Positions 23,766 through 36,526 of a DNA stretch of 40,883 nt are shown in pieces (within the stretch, counting starts at the first letter, position 1; each line of letters opens with the position of its first letter). Position numbers and translations under genes: made by a program. This DNA comes from Bigelowiella natans CCMP2755 (lineage: Eukaryota; Protista; Cercozoa): NCBI GenBank assembly GCA_000320545.1, contig ADNK01001031.1:1-40883 (forward strand), read 5' to 3'. Under the pieces are notes generated by a model. It searched no databases. It saw only the letters and a program-made list of their open reading frames with translations, and was not told where the DNA came from.

Positions 23766-24605
23766 ATGATCTACGTCTCCCCCAGCCGCTTCGGCGCGCT
23801 CTCCTTGGGGACCATGGCGATATCCATGCTCCTTCTCGTCGGAACAACATGGAGCAATCGAGCAGATCTAGGCCGTGGAGGATCCATCGCCGCCAACCCT
23901 GCAACCAGGAGGGGGTGTTCCGCAGCTATGACTTCCGTCGCTTCCATGCACCGCCCACAGCGCCTCGGCAGCCTTCAGCCGCAGCGAGGGCCTCTCCCGG
24001 TGCGTGCGATGGCGGGTGGAGCGGGGTCGGATACGTATAGAAAGCTGCAAGGGCAGCAAGTTCTCCGAGCAACTGACGGGCAGCCGGTCGACATCACCAG
24101 CCTTTGGGGTGAGAACGACAGAGCAGTTGTTGTGTTCTTCCGCTCGTTCGGGTGATTTTTCTGCCAGGAGCTAGCGGGACAGCTAGCTCGAGATGTGCTT
24201 CCCCAGCTTAACTCGGCTGGGGTGAAGCTCATCGCTGTGGGGATCGGGACGGGGGAGCGCGCCAAGGAGTTCTGCGCGCACGTGCCGTTTCCGGAGGAGA
24301 ACCTCTTCGCTGACCCGGACAACGTCTGCTACGACTCTCTCGGGCTGAAGAAGGGCTTCGCCACCACCTTTCTCAGGCCTGAGACTCCTTACTCCATCCT
24401 GGAGCGGCAGCAGAAGGACGGTGCGAAGGATATGCTGGACGCGCTGAAGAGGTGGAAGATGTGGATTCCGCCTAAGCTGGAGCAGGGGCTGCAGCAGGGG
24501 GGCACGTTCGTGTTTGACGGCCCCAACGAAGTCTTCCAGCACTTCGATCCTTCTACAGGAGCCCACGCTGATCTCTCGCAGGTTCTATCTGCGGCGCTCG
24601 CGTAA
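23766..24605 (+). CDS. AhpC/TSA-2 (peroxiredoxin-like PRXL2/SelU/AAED1 family) selenoprotein, 279 aa, Sec130 encoded by in-frame TGA; bipartite plastid-type presequence
   Basis: ORFs 23715-24155 and 24195-24605 share a frame and are separated by one TGA (24153-24155) in AVVVFFRSFG-U-FFCQE, the family's CxxC position. Family motifs continue downstream (VKLIAVGIG, LFADPD, QQGGTFVF, HFDPSTGAHAD). A SECIS-like hairpin lies in the 3' UTR. Confidence 0.9.
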
Positions 24606-24750
24606 AGTTTGAAAGTTTGCGATTGAGAATCGGAACTATATGCATCATGCATATGATGCGACAGTCTGCCGTGAATGGGCGTTGCTGGGGCATCGTCTTT
24701 CGGTATAATTGTGTCTTTGCTGGAAAGAAGCTAGTGATGATATGTGTGTG

Positions 24751-24822
24751 GCCAATAATTGAAGTCTCTGCGAGAAAAGCTCTTTTCAATATGTGTTCGC
24801 AGAAACTGATCAAAGGAGTTGA
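24751..24822 (+). promoter_or_regulatory. SECIS element (selenocysteine insertion sequence), non-canonical UUGA core
   Basis: TGAA (24760-63), then GTCTCTGCGAG (24764-74), AAAA (24775-78), loop, TTCGCAGAAAC (24796-806) and TGAT (24807-10). Helix II pairs 10 of 11 positions, with a GA/GA kink-turn quartet and unpaired apical As. Helix I is not clearly resolved. Confidence 0.75.
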
Positions 24823-25300
24823 GTTGCTCCACGAAGGCCGCGCACTCGTCTAACTTGACAGCAATTTTCATTTGAATAACACGATTTTATTAGTCGACGT
24901 GTATGCACGCATGCAGGATGCAATAAGTGAAAGCAGATGCTAGTCATGGTTGCTACTGCCGGCGCGCAATGGCACTAGCGTAGATATAGCAAATGTAAGT
25001 GTATATCGTAGCGATCAAATCATATCGCAGTAATTCCAGCTGCGAGCACAGCCGATGGCTTCATCTAATTCACAGATTGAAACGTTGCCTATACATTCCA
25101 AGTCATATCGAATGCGTGCATGTGGACGAAGTTTACATTTACACGCTCTCGGTGAGTTCGGCGACTACACTACGCTGCTATTAGATACTTGCTTGCTCTG
25201 CCGAAATGAAAATGACGGTCACTGCCTACTATGCTGTCGATACACAGCGTTGCATCCTTTTTTTACTTGAGCTTATTCTCAATAGTAGGGCATCTAGCTC

Positions 25301-25409
25301 CTATAGAGATTCTATGTATTTTCGGAACTCAGGGTCTTTCTGGTACTGCTCGGAGTTGCGAATATCGTACTGCTTGATCCTAAAGTCAGAACAGTAAATG
25401 ACACACACA

Positions 25410-25463
<54 letters not shown>

Positions 25464-27560
25464 AGATCAGTAGCTACAAACATACATATTATTTAAATAT
25501 ATGCATATTGATACCGCGAAACATTCTTGTACGTGCTATCCTTGGAATATCTCCCCTCCCCCCCCCCTCTTCCTCAAAAAATTTTCCCATGCATGGCTAT
25601 CACGTATATTATATCAGCATCGTAAAAGAACGCGTGTGCGCGACTGGAGTGGTGTGCTGGCTGTGCTAAATCGACCCACCACTCTGCATTGTACATCGAG
25701 TCCGAAAAGGCCGATTCGTCGTCCGTTCCGTGAGGAGACCAGCACTCAAATCGCTCTCTTTCCTCTGTGTCGAGGTCACTCTCCGCCGGCGTCAGTTCTT
25801 TGAACGTCCGCAGCTTCACGTCGGCTGCCAGTCCTTCTGATCGTTGCTTTTCCAGAACAAGCTGCAACCCCCCCCCGGCAACCGTACCCCATACAAACAC
25901 ACGCCCGCAAAAGCAATGATGTGAGGACGGACGAAGAGGAGGGCATCTGTGCCTTCAAAACTGTATGCCGATGATTCCGTACTACGACGAAGATATATCG
26001 CTCCTCTGCCCCGCCATCGTTGTTGAGTATCACCATCATCATCATCATCATCATCTTCTTCTTCTTCTTCTACTTCACCATTATCATCATCATCACCATC
26101 ATAGCATTCGAGCCATCTAGAGCAACCGACCTTATAGCATCGCCTCGGGAGATTCTTGCTTCGTTTCTTCCGATAGAAGAGCTCTTTCGCTTGAGCGGCG
26201 GGGGGGAGATCCGTGTTCTCCAGGTCCTTCTGCCGCCGTCCGAAGAAGTACAGCTCAAACGCTGCTTTCAAGCCGAACTTCCTCACCATCCTCGCATAGT
26301 CCTGGCTGGATTTTCGGTCCAGCACGAACACGTTTGCGACGAGCTCTTTTGTCGCGACGCCGCGGAATTTGAGGGCGGCGGATGCAAGCGCTGCTGAGGC
26401 TGGCGAGCTGACCCTTTGTTCTACTCCTCGGATGATGAGTGCCTCGCCCTCTTCCCCCCCCCCCCTCTCTTTCCCCTTTGTAACGTCGTCGTGTGACGAC
26501 AGCAGCCGCACCCTCTTACTGGTGGGCTCACCCCCCCCGCAACTTCCTCCTCCACGATATCCTGAGGAGGAGGAGGATGATGATGATGATGATGATGACG
26601 ACGCCAATGCTGCCTGGAGGAATGGATCCGTTGTAACCGTGCAGTTGACAATTCGGTCTAAAACTAGAGTCGTTGAAGCAACACGCTGTGGAGGGAGGGA
26701 GGGAGGGAGGGAGGGAGAGAAGGAGGGAGAGAGTGTAGGGAGGGGGGTGGCGGGCGTCCCGAGTTAGAAGAGTAATCAGGTGCCTTGCAATCCAAATGCA
26801 CGCACACAATAAACAGCCACGCACAAATAATCATTATGATGTACATCATGATACAGATTTATATATGTATATATGGTTTTGGTATCGAGGGACTTCGTGC
26901 TGGAATGTTGAAAATCCCTTTTATCTTTCCACGTGGCAAACACGCAGCAGATGGGGCAGCACCTTCCTATTGAGCAGCGAAACAGCATTCTGTGCGTCCA
27001 TGTATGCCTCGCTCCCAAAGCGAAGGCCCCCCTTCGAGTTAGTTGCATACAATTGGGTTTTTCGGGATGGTCAGGCTTATGTTTTATGAGAATGGTGCTT
27101 AGACTACGACTACTTCTTGTTGTGCGACAACGCTACCGCTCCGAACGCTTTCCCCTTCAGTGTTTCTTCAATGTACATTCTGCTACAAACGCTAACTACC
27201 GAAGAAGGGACACGTACTTTTGTGAGGAGGCGCGTTCTGCCCGCGTCTTCCCCGCCCCCTTGCCAGCTGGTTGATTCCCGCTCCCATGGAAAATCGGGGT
27301 GCTTGATCTGCATTTATGGAAAAGTTGCGGTTTAATCCTCTACGCTATGACTTTTCCTGTGGACATGTTACGCGTGTGTATGTGTCAGGATGACGATGAT
27401 ACCATGATCGTTTCGTATCGGTTTCGCGGTTGCTTTGTCCGCGGGTCGATGCCTGGATGGTTTCTGTACCTGCATCCACGGAGAGGAGGACAGACAGCAG
27501 CTTTATGACGTGCAAACACATACGACGCCCATACACACAGAATTACATAAATACAGGAAT

Positions 27561-27631
<71 letters not shown>

Positions 27632-28342
27632 GATAGATGAATACATCTCTCGCACACGTACGCATATACATTAATGGATGTGAGTGACAAGTGCATGGTC
27701 CGCAAGGCGAAGTTGCCATCCTCAGTGAGAGCGCTACCGTGTGTAAACTGGGTCGCCCCACTCGTTCAAGATACCCTTATTAACCCTCAGCCACCGGTCG
27801 ATCAGCTATATGTTCGTTTGCGTACACACACACACACACGCACACAAGTAATAGGAGCATCAACAATGTCCACAAACGCACACACTCGCACGCACATGAA
27901 TATATATCATACACATTGCAATTTCATTAACGATAGAGAGATTACCTCAAATATAAATATAAACCCTCAATTATCACCACCAAGCTGCAACGGGGTTTTC
28001 ACGATGTGTACAGCAAAAGGCAAATTGATATTATTTCCTACCCGTCGTTGCGCTGGAGTAACGAAATTGAGACCACGCCCATCGTCTTCCTCACTACCTG
28101 CTCGAAGATTTCGTATCCCTAACATAGATCCTCGGTGCAACGACATACTGGCTATCTTTGCGCTGGGAAGAGATACCCTGAGCAGGAGAAAAAGACAATA
28201 CTTACATCTGCCATTTGCCTGCAGGGAGGGAAGGAGTTATGCTTTACCTGAGAATCAACACCAGCAATACCAGTCTCATGTGCGACACTTCTCCTCAGAT
28301 TCGTTCTCGCACGACGCCGCACTACCCCCCCCCCTCGGCCAT
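25301..28342 (-). CDS. Multi-exon hypothetical protein (family not recognised; boundaries approximate)
   Basis: Coding-like segments bounded by GT/AG: RYRNHPGIDPRTKQPRNRYETIM (~27440), IKHPDFPWERES, GGLRFGSEAYMDAQNAVSLLNRK (~27000), LKFRGVATKELVANVFVLDRKSSQDYARMVRKFGLKAAFELYFFGRRQK (26230-26375), LQLVLEKQRSEGLAADVKLRTFKEL, and terminal DFRIKQYDIRNSEQYQKDPEFRKYIESL*. Confidence 0.5.
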
Positions 28343-28914
28343 CGGGTCGTTTTGGCTGGCTCGGCTGGGGAAGGACCGGCGATCTATTGCCGATCAAGCC
28401 GGAGATGAAGCCGAGGTCCTCAAAGCGGCGCGAAAAGTCTCTGAAAATCTCTGTACGTGAAAATCCCGGACATTTCTGAATTTCCCCGTTACTTTTGACG
28501 AAAAATTAAATCATCCTTTTTGAAATTTCATTTGAAAAATTTGCAGGACAGTTTCGGCGTGGGCTGTGAAGGTGATATGACAACCGGAAGTATCCCGAAA
28601 ATATCCAAAATAAAATTGCTAGTTTATACTCCTTCATGGCTTAGGATCTTGTGCTGGCAAGATCTGTGTTCGTTGCATTCATTTGATCTATTTTTAACCA
28701 GTAATATTTCCAATTAAAGCAGGTCCTCATTGGCGGACGGACTTAAAGCGTGTATTGATCCGGCAGCAACAATTCTCCACGATTGTGCAAAACCTTGGTT
28801 ATTTTGATCGTCGTCAACCAATAATCATTGTCGCAGTATATATTTCTCCTACATTCCGTTCATCAAAGCGGAGAAGCTAATTCTTAAAACTCTCCTTTTC
28901 AGTGGGGGGCGAGA

Positions 28915-29680
28915 ATGGAGAGGTGGCTGATCCTGAGCAAGGCTCCCAGCCTCTTCCGCATCTACTGCATTGAGTTCGCTGGGACACTCGCTTTCTGCTA
29001 CTTACAGGTAAACGTATTCGTCTCGAGAACACTTGCCTCTTCTGCGGAATTCCTTGAAGTAGATGGTATGTTCTCTATGGTAACGTGAATCGTCTCCTCT
29101 CGTACGCAGACGTTGATCGTTGTCGTGAGCGGGGATTTGCTGGATGAAGCGATGAGTCTTAATAGGGTCATTGTCGTTGCGCTTGGCGGGTAGCTATTAA
29201 TACCTTTGATTCACAGATGTGGAATGTAAGCTCCTCATCGCTATTTTTGATCAAATGCTTCTCGAAGAGATAACTGGAAATCAAGATGATAGTATTCTCA
29301 TTGATACTGAAAAAGCTCCTTTTAACTTTCCCTCTCCCTTATAAACTTCCATTCATAACGTTTTTCTTCTTCGCCATTTTTATGCCATATCGCGCTTGGA
29401 TTGATGAACAACGAATCTACAGCGGTTTCATTTATTACGGGGCATTGTACCTCTCGATGATGTACACTCAAGGCTACGGTAGCGACAAGCAATTGCGCTT
29501 GTGCAAGAGAAAGGAGCATATGTTGCGTGAATATGTATTTGTTCCTGTTTTCTCGTGTTCATGAGATAGTGTTTGTTCTGTGGTGCGCGGCAGAAATAAA
29601 GCATAATTTTCATTTTTTTCAAGAAATTCGCTAATTCTTAGATATCGTAATGACAATCTTTGCCCTCCTCTAAATTGTGG

Positions 29681-29717
<37 letters not shown>

Positions 29718-30404
29718 TATCACATTATTATTATTATTATTATCATCATCATCATCATCATCAGGAGCGTACTTGAACCCTGCGATTACGATTGGCCTTG
29801 TAGTGGTGGATTTGTTTCTTCAGGTTGCTGTTGTAGACGCAGCAGCTTCGATGACGATGACGACGACGATGATGATGATGCTAATGTTTGACTCAATATA
29901 AAGCACAGATCAAGCAGATGGAATTTGTGTGTGCAGTGTTGTGGGTGGGTGTGCGTGCGTGTCACGAGTGTAGGGAGTGTAGGGAGGCATGGCACATATA
30001 CGCAGATAAACACTTATCATTATTATCACTATCATCATCATCATCATCATCATCATCATAGGTGAGGGCGGGGATGGAGGCATGCGCAGGATTATTGTGT
30101 GTAGTGCTGCAAGTTCTTGGTGGGTATTGTCCCATGAAACAGCTGAATAAATCAACAACAGTAGCAGTAGCAAGCAGCAGCAGCGCTCGTATGAAACATC
30201 CGTAACACGCACACATTGTCCATATACAGAGCATATGATATGATGCTTCTATATATCTTCCATATAATATAAATATATATATATATATATGTATATATAT
30301 ATTCTATGAAACAAAGGTGCCTACCTCGGCTCTGTCCTCGCGTACTACAGCGTCCCCGAACCAGGTGGTGATGATGGAAATGCATAGTGGGGCTATGTAA
30401 GAAT

Positions 30405-30478
<74 letters not shown>

Positions 30479-31032
30479 TGTCGTATCAGACTCCGGAGCC
30501 GAAGGGCTAGGTGTTGCGCAGCCGAATCTAGGTATGCTACACAGGAGGAGGAAGAAGAAGAGGAGGAAGAAGAGAAGGAAGAAGAGTGGGGTGGTGTAGC
30601 ATGTGTGTTGTGCAAACCTCATGAAGGAGGAGGGGAGGAGAAGAGACATGATCGGAGATGAATCATGATGATGATATGGTCAGCGTGTTTGAACTGCGAA
30701 CGCACGTGCACATAAATAACAACGACACATCTGGATAGGGATGACCACGATGCAGATTTGGTGCTTGGAGGTCGCTCTGTGCTCCATCCTTGCTTTGATT
30801 GTGCTGTCCGTGCGGCTGAATGAAGGGAAAAGGTGGACTGATGATCGCTTTAGCCGTTCGCGCGGCGGTTAGATGACACAGTAGAAACGCAAAGAGCGGC
30901 GCGTCGCCATTCCTCTTGAAAGCACTCTTCTTCTTCTTCTTCCTTTTAAAAGATGCTCTGAGACGGCATCGATCGATTGTAGCACAACGATACGGGTTCC
31001 ATTCTCATCGAGGAATCCACGTTCGCTCACTG

Positions 31033-31065
<33 letters not shown>

Positions 31066-31563
31066 CGGTCGTCGTCGTCGTTACTGTTGTCGACATCTCG
31101 CCCGCTCTTTCGGATCAGGTCGTCCATCCTGATAGCTCTGGCCTACGTAACGATGTCGCTCCTCTCATTCCCTCTGGCGTTCAGGTGATACGCTTCGAGT
31201 TTTACGCTTCGGAGTTGTGATGAAGATGACGATGACGACGATGATGATGATGATGATGATGATGACGACGACGACGATGGTGATGTAGAGGGCGTGATGG
31301 TGACCTCCATACTCATCCACAGCACCCTCAATCCTGCTCGGTCGTTTGGCCCGGTACTTGCGAACGGCTTCAGCGACGGGGCTGGTAGGCTATTCTTCCT
31401 CCGCAGCAGCATAATTTAGCACTGGATGCAATGGCGCTAGTAGGAGCGGCGCATGGATGGATTTCACTGCATCATCGATGTTTTTGGCAACATTTCGCCA
31501 ACCTCGCCCCCTTTTCTCTATGAGTGCAGCCCTCACTCAGCTCCTCCTCTTATGACTTGCGCC

Positions 31564-31606
<43 letters not shown>

Positions 31607-31917
31607 CGCTATCGCCTTTTTTCGGTGGCGATTTGTGTGTGCGACAGATTACTTATGGGTCGAAGTAACAGCGCCGGTGCTAGGCTCCATCGTAGGGGCA
31701 ATCGGTAGGTGGTGGCGGTGGTGGTGGTGCTGTCCCTTCAGACTACTTTTTGCCTCCTCCCGACTCTGTTTTGAAACACATGATGATGCGTCCTGGAAAG
31801 CCTCCTGTTCGCCGATGCTTTATGATCCCCCCGTTGACCGCCCCCTTCGTCCATCAAAGTTTGATGCTCTTGGCAGGAGATACTCATCAACCATCCATCA
31901 TTAGCAGCCTGACATAA
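28915..31917 (+). CDS. Aquaporin / major intrinsic protein (multi-exon; 3' end approximate)
   Basis: IEFAGTLAFCYLQ (TM1, 28915 exon), GAYLNPAITIG (~29765, NPA1), LEVALCSILALIVL (~30765), TLNPARSFGPVL (~31325, NPA2) and YLWVEVTAPVLGSIVGA (~31650). Confidence 0.85.
30409..30474. repeat. Compound (CA)n(TA)n microsatellite in an aquaporin intron
   Basis: Directly visible. A similar compound tract lies at 9779-9844. Confidence 0.95.
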
Positions 31918-33049
31918 CCGTTGCTTTCCGTGCTTATTAGCGTTTTACTTCGTCAACTTCGACGGATTTTCTGTGGTAAGCTCGCACCAGGCTGTGGACG
32001 CTGGCGGGATGCGAGATAACTACTATTTCAGTAAGCAACAGCGGTTGATGAGGTCATCGCCCGCATGAGCGCCGGGATCCAGCGTAGCGGCCGTTGCCAA
32101 GCTGGCAACGCAGAATGAAAATTGTGATCAAATTCACGATATTACTTATTAGCACTGTAAAGAATCACCCAATGCTGCGGTCTACTGATAAAATATGCAC
32201 GCTGTTATATTGGCGCTTGCAAGCTTGTACGCGCGCAATAATAAGCTGAAACATGCTCAGCTCCTAGCACTCGTAACATTTCGCTTTGGCATTGTATTCT
32301 CAGCGCAGAGTATGCTTTAGTCGTCGAGCTTATCAGCTTCCCACGTGTATCAGAACCGCATGCCGAGCTGTAGTATACCAAGCTGCTGTCACTGTGCGCG
32401 TAAGAAAGCATGAACATCTACCTAGGCAGCCCACGGATGTCACGTACGTACATACATTCAGCCAATGTTGCCGTGGTAGTAGTGCGTACAATTACAGCAT
32501 GCGGATGGCATGTGTGTGTGACCAGCTCTAGCAGCTGGGAGCTAAATAGTACCACAGATTGTGTATTTATAATATGCAAAACACGACATGCATGGCCGCA
32601 TCTCGTTCATCGCTACACCATAATGGCTCTTTGTTGGTACGAGTAGCTTTAGACTTCGGGTTGCAACTTTTTCGTAGCACGTGTATGTACATTCCAGCCA
32701 TTGCCTATTGATCCTCATTCTACTCGAGAGAAGCACCGAAGATGGTAATTCGTGTAGGGAACACCGATGAAACGGGGCCATCTTTATCATTGCATGCCGA
32801 CCGCACAGCTAACCGTCGCTAAATGATTCTTTGACTTTCCTTTGCTGTGATGGCTTTGTCGTCCTATGGCGCGGCCATGTGACGAGAATTGCTACCTACC
32901 CCCTGCAAGCGTAGTCGAGATCAGCACGAACAATCCGGATGGGAGGGGATGTTGAGTCGTCTTTTTCTCCCACCCCCACCCCTCCCCCGCTCTCTTTCAC
33001 ACGCACACGCACACGCACACGCGCGCGCGCGCGCGCGTAAAGAACACGT

Positions 33050-33357
33050 TTGTGCGTTGGCAAGCCGCGGACCGTGGGCTTCTTGGAGACGTGAAGCGAT
33101 AGGTCACGACGAATTTTGAAGCCAAGTCCGATATAACTGTCGTAGTCGTCTGCATTACTCCCCAGCCAGGGATGATACGCAGCTTGAGCCGGACGCGAGA
33201 CAAGGGCACACACCAGAAGAGAAGAAGTTCTTTACGCGCACATAGTGGTTCATACCTCCAGCACATGTACACATGTCAACATCAAACATCAAACCGACCT
33301 GCATACACACACACACACGCACACACACACACACACACACAAACGCAAATCGATATT

Positions 33358-33403
<46 letters not shown>

Positions 33404-34008
33404 TTTACTCTCACTTTTACACGTATGGGCATTGCGCGTGCGTGTTGCATGTGGAAGAGCAGGTGAGTGAACCTGCTGCCAGCGATGACTGCAGACCCAA
33501 GCTGTCCTTCCTCAATGGCGAAGGCTCGCGTGCGCTATCTCTAAAAGCAGCCCTCCCCACACTGCGGACATGTCTTTTCCTTCAATTCAGTGCGGGGAGA
33601 GAGAACCTAAACGTACCCGGGCCTGCACGAGTTCCTTTGCTATAGTAGTCTCACGTGCTCTTTGATGATTCGGCGACCATAGCAATGACGCCCTTCCCGT
33701 GAACCCGCCTTCGATTACACGATGTATGCACGCATATTATATCCTGGATTAGAAAGAGCGGCGGCTGCTCGCTTGGCTCGCTGGCTGCTGTGGTAGTGAG
33801 CTCCTCGGACACCCACGCACATACATACACGCGCACACGCACGTGAGCAGCATACGCACAGCATATCTTTACCTCAGGTGGTTGTCGATGTGCCCTTTCT
33901 GTCGGAACCCCTGCCAAGTAATGTTTGATTGATTCGTATTTCTATCATGCGATATTGGGGACAAGCATTGCTTGCCTGTGTGTGTACTCCCCCCCCTCCC
34001 CCCCTCCC

Positions 34009-34058
<50 letters not shown>

Positions 34059-34064
34059 TCTCTT

Positions 34065-34095
<31 letters not shown>

Positions 34096-35291
34096 TTGTG
34101 CGTTCGTCCTTCGCAAGCAAACCGCGAGAGGTAGTACCTTCCCGCAGGAGGAGCACTTGTGGGGACGCTCTCCGTTGTGTATCAGCCTGCACAATCATGG
34201 TATATCCATCAGTGCGCACATGTGCAACAATATTCGACTATCTTTTCTTCGTATATACTATCATCATCCTCCCTCCTCCTCCTTCTCTTCTCACATGTGG
34301 CGATTCAGATCAACGCTCCTCTTGAATGCCTTCTCGCATGATTTGCATGCGAAATGGCGCTCAGTCCTGCGAATGAATGAAAAATAGAGATGAGCGGTTA
34401 GATAAGACGTGTACGTGTAAACCATTTGTGCTTTAGATTTTCAACTTCTGGGAGAGGGCAAGACCGGCAGAGCAAGAGCATCACAACTTCCTGTTATTTC
34501 TCATCACTCACTTTCGCATGGTTCTCTGCCTCTCTCTCCCCCCCCCTTCCTCCGCCCTCGCCATTTCTCTCTCAAATTACGTTTTTGGGAGCCTGCAATC
34601 AACTCGCTTATCACCCTCATTCCTCTCCTCCCCTCCCCTCCCCTCCCCTGCTGCTACTGCTACTGCTACTGGTTCGTTCACACTTATGCACTTGTCGATG
34701 CATCTTCAGGTTCGATATTCTATCAGTGGCGTAGCCGCAGTGATCGCAAGTGTACTCCTGACAATTCCATAACAGAAATAGAGCATGCTGGATGACCAAC
34801 TCTCTCTCTTTCTCTCTTTTTCTCTCTCTGTGTGTCTCGCCCTTTCTCTCCATTCCAAAAAATACTCGCAAACAAAAGTTTTGAATCACAAAAGCCTATT
34901 TCCATGCTATACATCGTTCCATCATTGCTTCCGCAAAGGAGCACTTGAATTTAAGAGAGAACAACATCGTAGCAATGTTTATTTTGGCCAAATTGGCGAG
35001 TGCATACACACGCACAAAAACACACACGCGCGCGCACATGCACACATATAAATGTATAACCACAAAGTAATTTGAATCAGTATTATTCTCTATCAGGAAA
35101 CCTTCCTTCCACTGTGCTTGGCTAGATGCGATATCAGAGAGCAACGAAGTCTGAACGATCTGTGATGATGGAGGCGACGATGATGATGACAATGATGGTA
35201 TTGTGATGGATTGAATGATGGAAATCGTCCCATTCATGAAACAATTGTGTTTGGAACCTGCATATTTAAGACACCATGCTTACATACACAA

Positions 35292-35334
<43 letters not shown>

Positions 35335-36100
35335 CAGTCTCACACACACTCGTGGAAATAAAGTGGCATGTCTATACTTTTCGCAGTAGAGGCAGAGGTG
35401 CCTTTCCTTCTGAAACGCGTACTCCTGTGATCACGATTGTAATATGAATAATCTTGTTTTTCGTGGATCTTCCTTCATTTCACGCCAAACAGCAAACGTA
35501 CTGATCAAGTGCTTATTTTGATGATGAATCATCGAGTTCGGTACTATCATTCAAGAGTGTTTGGTGAATGAAAGGCCTTCTGAATCTCTAGGTACATACC
35601 ACATTCTCAATGAACTGCATGGTCTCTTCGGCGACCGTCTGGAGATGATGGTGAGATAGCCAATAGTCATAAATCAGGCATGGACGTCTCCGTGGATATT
35701 TACATGCCATGCACACATAACTTCGCTGATCTACTACCTTGAACGAGACTTCGAAAGCATTGGTCTGTCCTCCTAAGCAAAAGCAAAACTTTGCGTCATC
35801 GCCGTCAACGGTGAGGATGGCAATGATCATGAAGGGAACATTGGGGTTGAAAGCCGACAATCCCCCCAGAACTACAACAATGACTCGTCATATTCGAAAG
35901 TGCCAATTCATCATGGAGATTGCAGGCAATAGTTGTTAAATGCAGGCCGAGGGGAGGAGGGGCCGTTCGAGGCATCCGTTTGAATCAGGAAATTTTGGAC
36001 ATAGAACTCCAGCAAATCCAATGCAGAACGCCATATATTTTATCTCAAAACAAGCTTACTTTCCATGTCGCATCCGCAAAATGAAAGACCATTTCGACAT
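33050..36100 (-). CDS. C2H2 zinc-finger protein (tandem fingers with TGERP-like linkers; ends approximate)
   Basis: Exons YTCDHCGYATDRISNLKMHRQVH (~34685-34755), TERHFACKSCEKAFKRSVDLNRHM (~34295-34365), LIHNGERPHKCSSCGK (~34140-34186) and GFRQKGHIDNHLR (~33873-33910). Upstream exon YVCMACKYPRRRPCLIYDYWLSHHHL (~35640-35720). Confidence 0.75.
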
Positions 36101-36526
36101 CGTAGAAAGGTCGGGAGGGGAGCAACGGGAAATCCGAGCTCTCAAGAGATTGCATTTTTCCACGTGCGACTTGAAAATCGTTGCAGTTTTATTTGTCGCC
36201 GCCTGGGAAATCGGAGCAGTTTTCTTTGTCGCAGGCATTGAAACACGCTGCATCCCGTGGCGAAGGCGAGGCAAGCACCACACCCCAAAAAGACCAACCT
36301 GCAGGCTTCCTCCGCTCCCCTTGCGTATCGTAGATTCGCTTTGTGATTGCAATCCCCTCTTCGACGGTGGTATCTTCGTGATGATATATTCTGTGTGTAA
36401 TTTGACAATATCATTCGCTTTCCGCGGTGTGGTGGTGCTTCTAATAGCTTCCGAAATAGCACACAAATCTAGAGTCGAGCGCAAACTGACTTGTCGTACG
36501 TGTTCCTATGCTCGTCCTCAGGTACA

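Noticed and set aside
24153-24155. TGA as a pseudogene stop or alternative genetic code
   Set aside because: It falls on the redox Cys position and a SECIS-like hairpin follows. TGA is an ordinary stop in PPDK and VPS36.
24653-24689. Alternative SECIS candidate starting ATGAT
   Set aside because: The stem is short, there is no apical AA, and the 3' side reads TGGG rather than NGAN.
28427-28436. E2F-like site GGCGCGAAAA in a divergent promoter
   Set aside because: A single short match that can occur by chance, with no cell-cycle gene identified beside it.
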